A DNA stretch of 64,000 nt from Candidatus Uhrbacteria bacterium (lineage in GTDB: Bacteria > Patescibacteriota > Patescibacteriia > UBA9934 > GWF2-40-263), in the NCBI GenBank assembly GCA_037131775.1, contig JBAXQK010000002.1, forward strand, positions 87,493 to 151,492, in the 5' to 3' direction. The position numbers and the translations under genes are program-made. The notes under the pieces were generated by a model, which saw nothing but the letters and a program-made list of their open reading frames with translations, was not told where the DNA came from and did no database searches. Below, one piece after another: positions 63,973 to 64,000 of the stretch (its first letter is position 1; each line of letters starts with the position of its first letter).

Positions 63973-64000
63973 AGAGGGTTGCGGCGGGCGCGGAAACGGG

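Overview
High-GC bacterial window (about 64 kb) with CPR/Patescibacteria-like traits: Lys/Ala-rich tail extensions on r-proteins S12, S19, L22 and L23, a class I LysRS, a type IV pilin, and many small hypothetical genes. The housekeeping backbone is mostly on the minus strand. It comprises the S10/spc ribosomal operon with tuf upstream (rplX back to rpsJ and tuf, 10-7416) and the str operon rpsL-rpsG-fusA (18587-21788). Also present are murA, metK, ndk, ugd, leuS, class I lysS, trxB-trxA and infB. I found one tRNA, tRNA-Pro(GGG) at 40911-40986, and no rRNA or CRISPR. The main accessory content is below.
(1) About 10.4 kb of non-ribosomal genes lies between fusA and tuf, which are usually adjacent. 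It encodes an Mqo-like FAD oxidoreductase, a 2OG-Fe(II) oxygenase-like protein, a class III aminotransferase, an APH-family kinase, a SAM methyltransferase, a TrpF-like barrel and a PRTase-domain protein.
(2) A REPtron at 26.8-28.3 kb carries a REP-associated tyrosine transposase (RAYT) flanked by direct composite arrays of a 19-bp palindromic REP (CCCAGGGACTTTAGTCCCG). One REP copy is embedded in-frame in rsmE.
(3) A second ~47-bp hairpin repeat family (GCGCGACGACCACCCCTGACCCCTCCTCCCTATGAGGAGGGGAAACG) has seven copies between 41.7 and 53 kb, two of them in-frame inside ORFs. The copies bracket a DUF559 endonuclease-like gene that separates the membrane and MBL halves of ComEC.
(4) At the 3' edge there is a diversity-generating retroelement core. 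It consists of a DGR-type reverse transcriptase (LPLGNLTSQ, YADD) whose stop overlaps the infB start, and a divergent Avd-like four-helix-bundle gene whose 5' end contains a C10 homopolymer. TR/VR and the target gene are presumably beyond 64000.
(5) Other items are a Vsr-GIY-YIG(YhbQ) nuclease fusion, a RelA/SpoT-like protein with a small upstream partner gene (possible toxSAS-like pair), a plus-strand cluster of small genes each with its own promoter and terminator (including a Cys-rich secreted peptide), and a promoter-plus-terminator unit with no ORF that is a candidate sRNA. Several structured non-coding elements follow: a 280-nt spacer inside the S10 operon, nested palindromes upstream of rpsL, an AT-rich palindrome between rpsG and fusA, and AAGG/CCTT module palindromes.
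Both strands of this high-GC sequence carry many long spurious ORFs. I chose coding strands by domain recognition, amino-acid composition and operon logic. All homology statements are from reading motifs by eye, not from searches.
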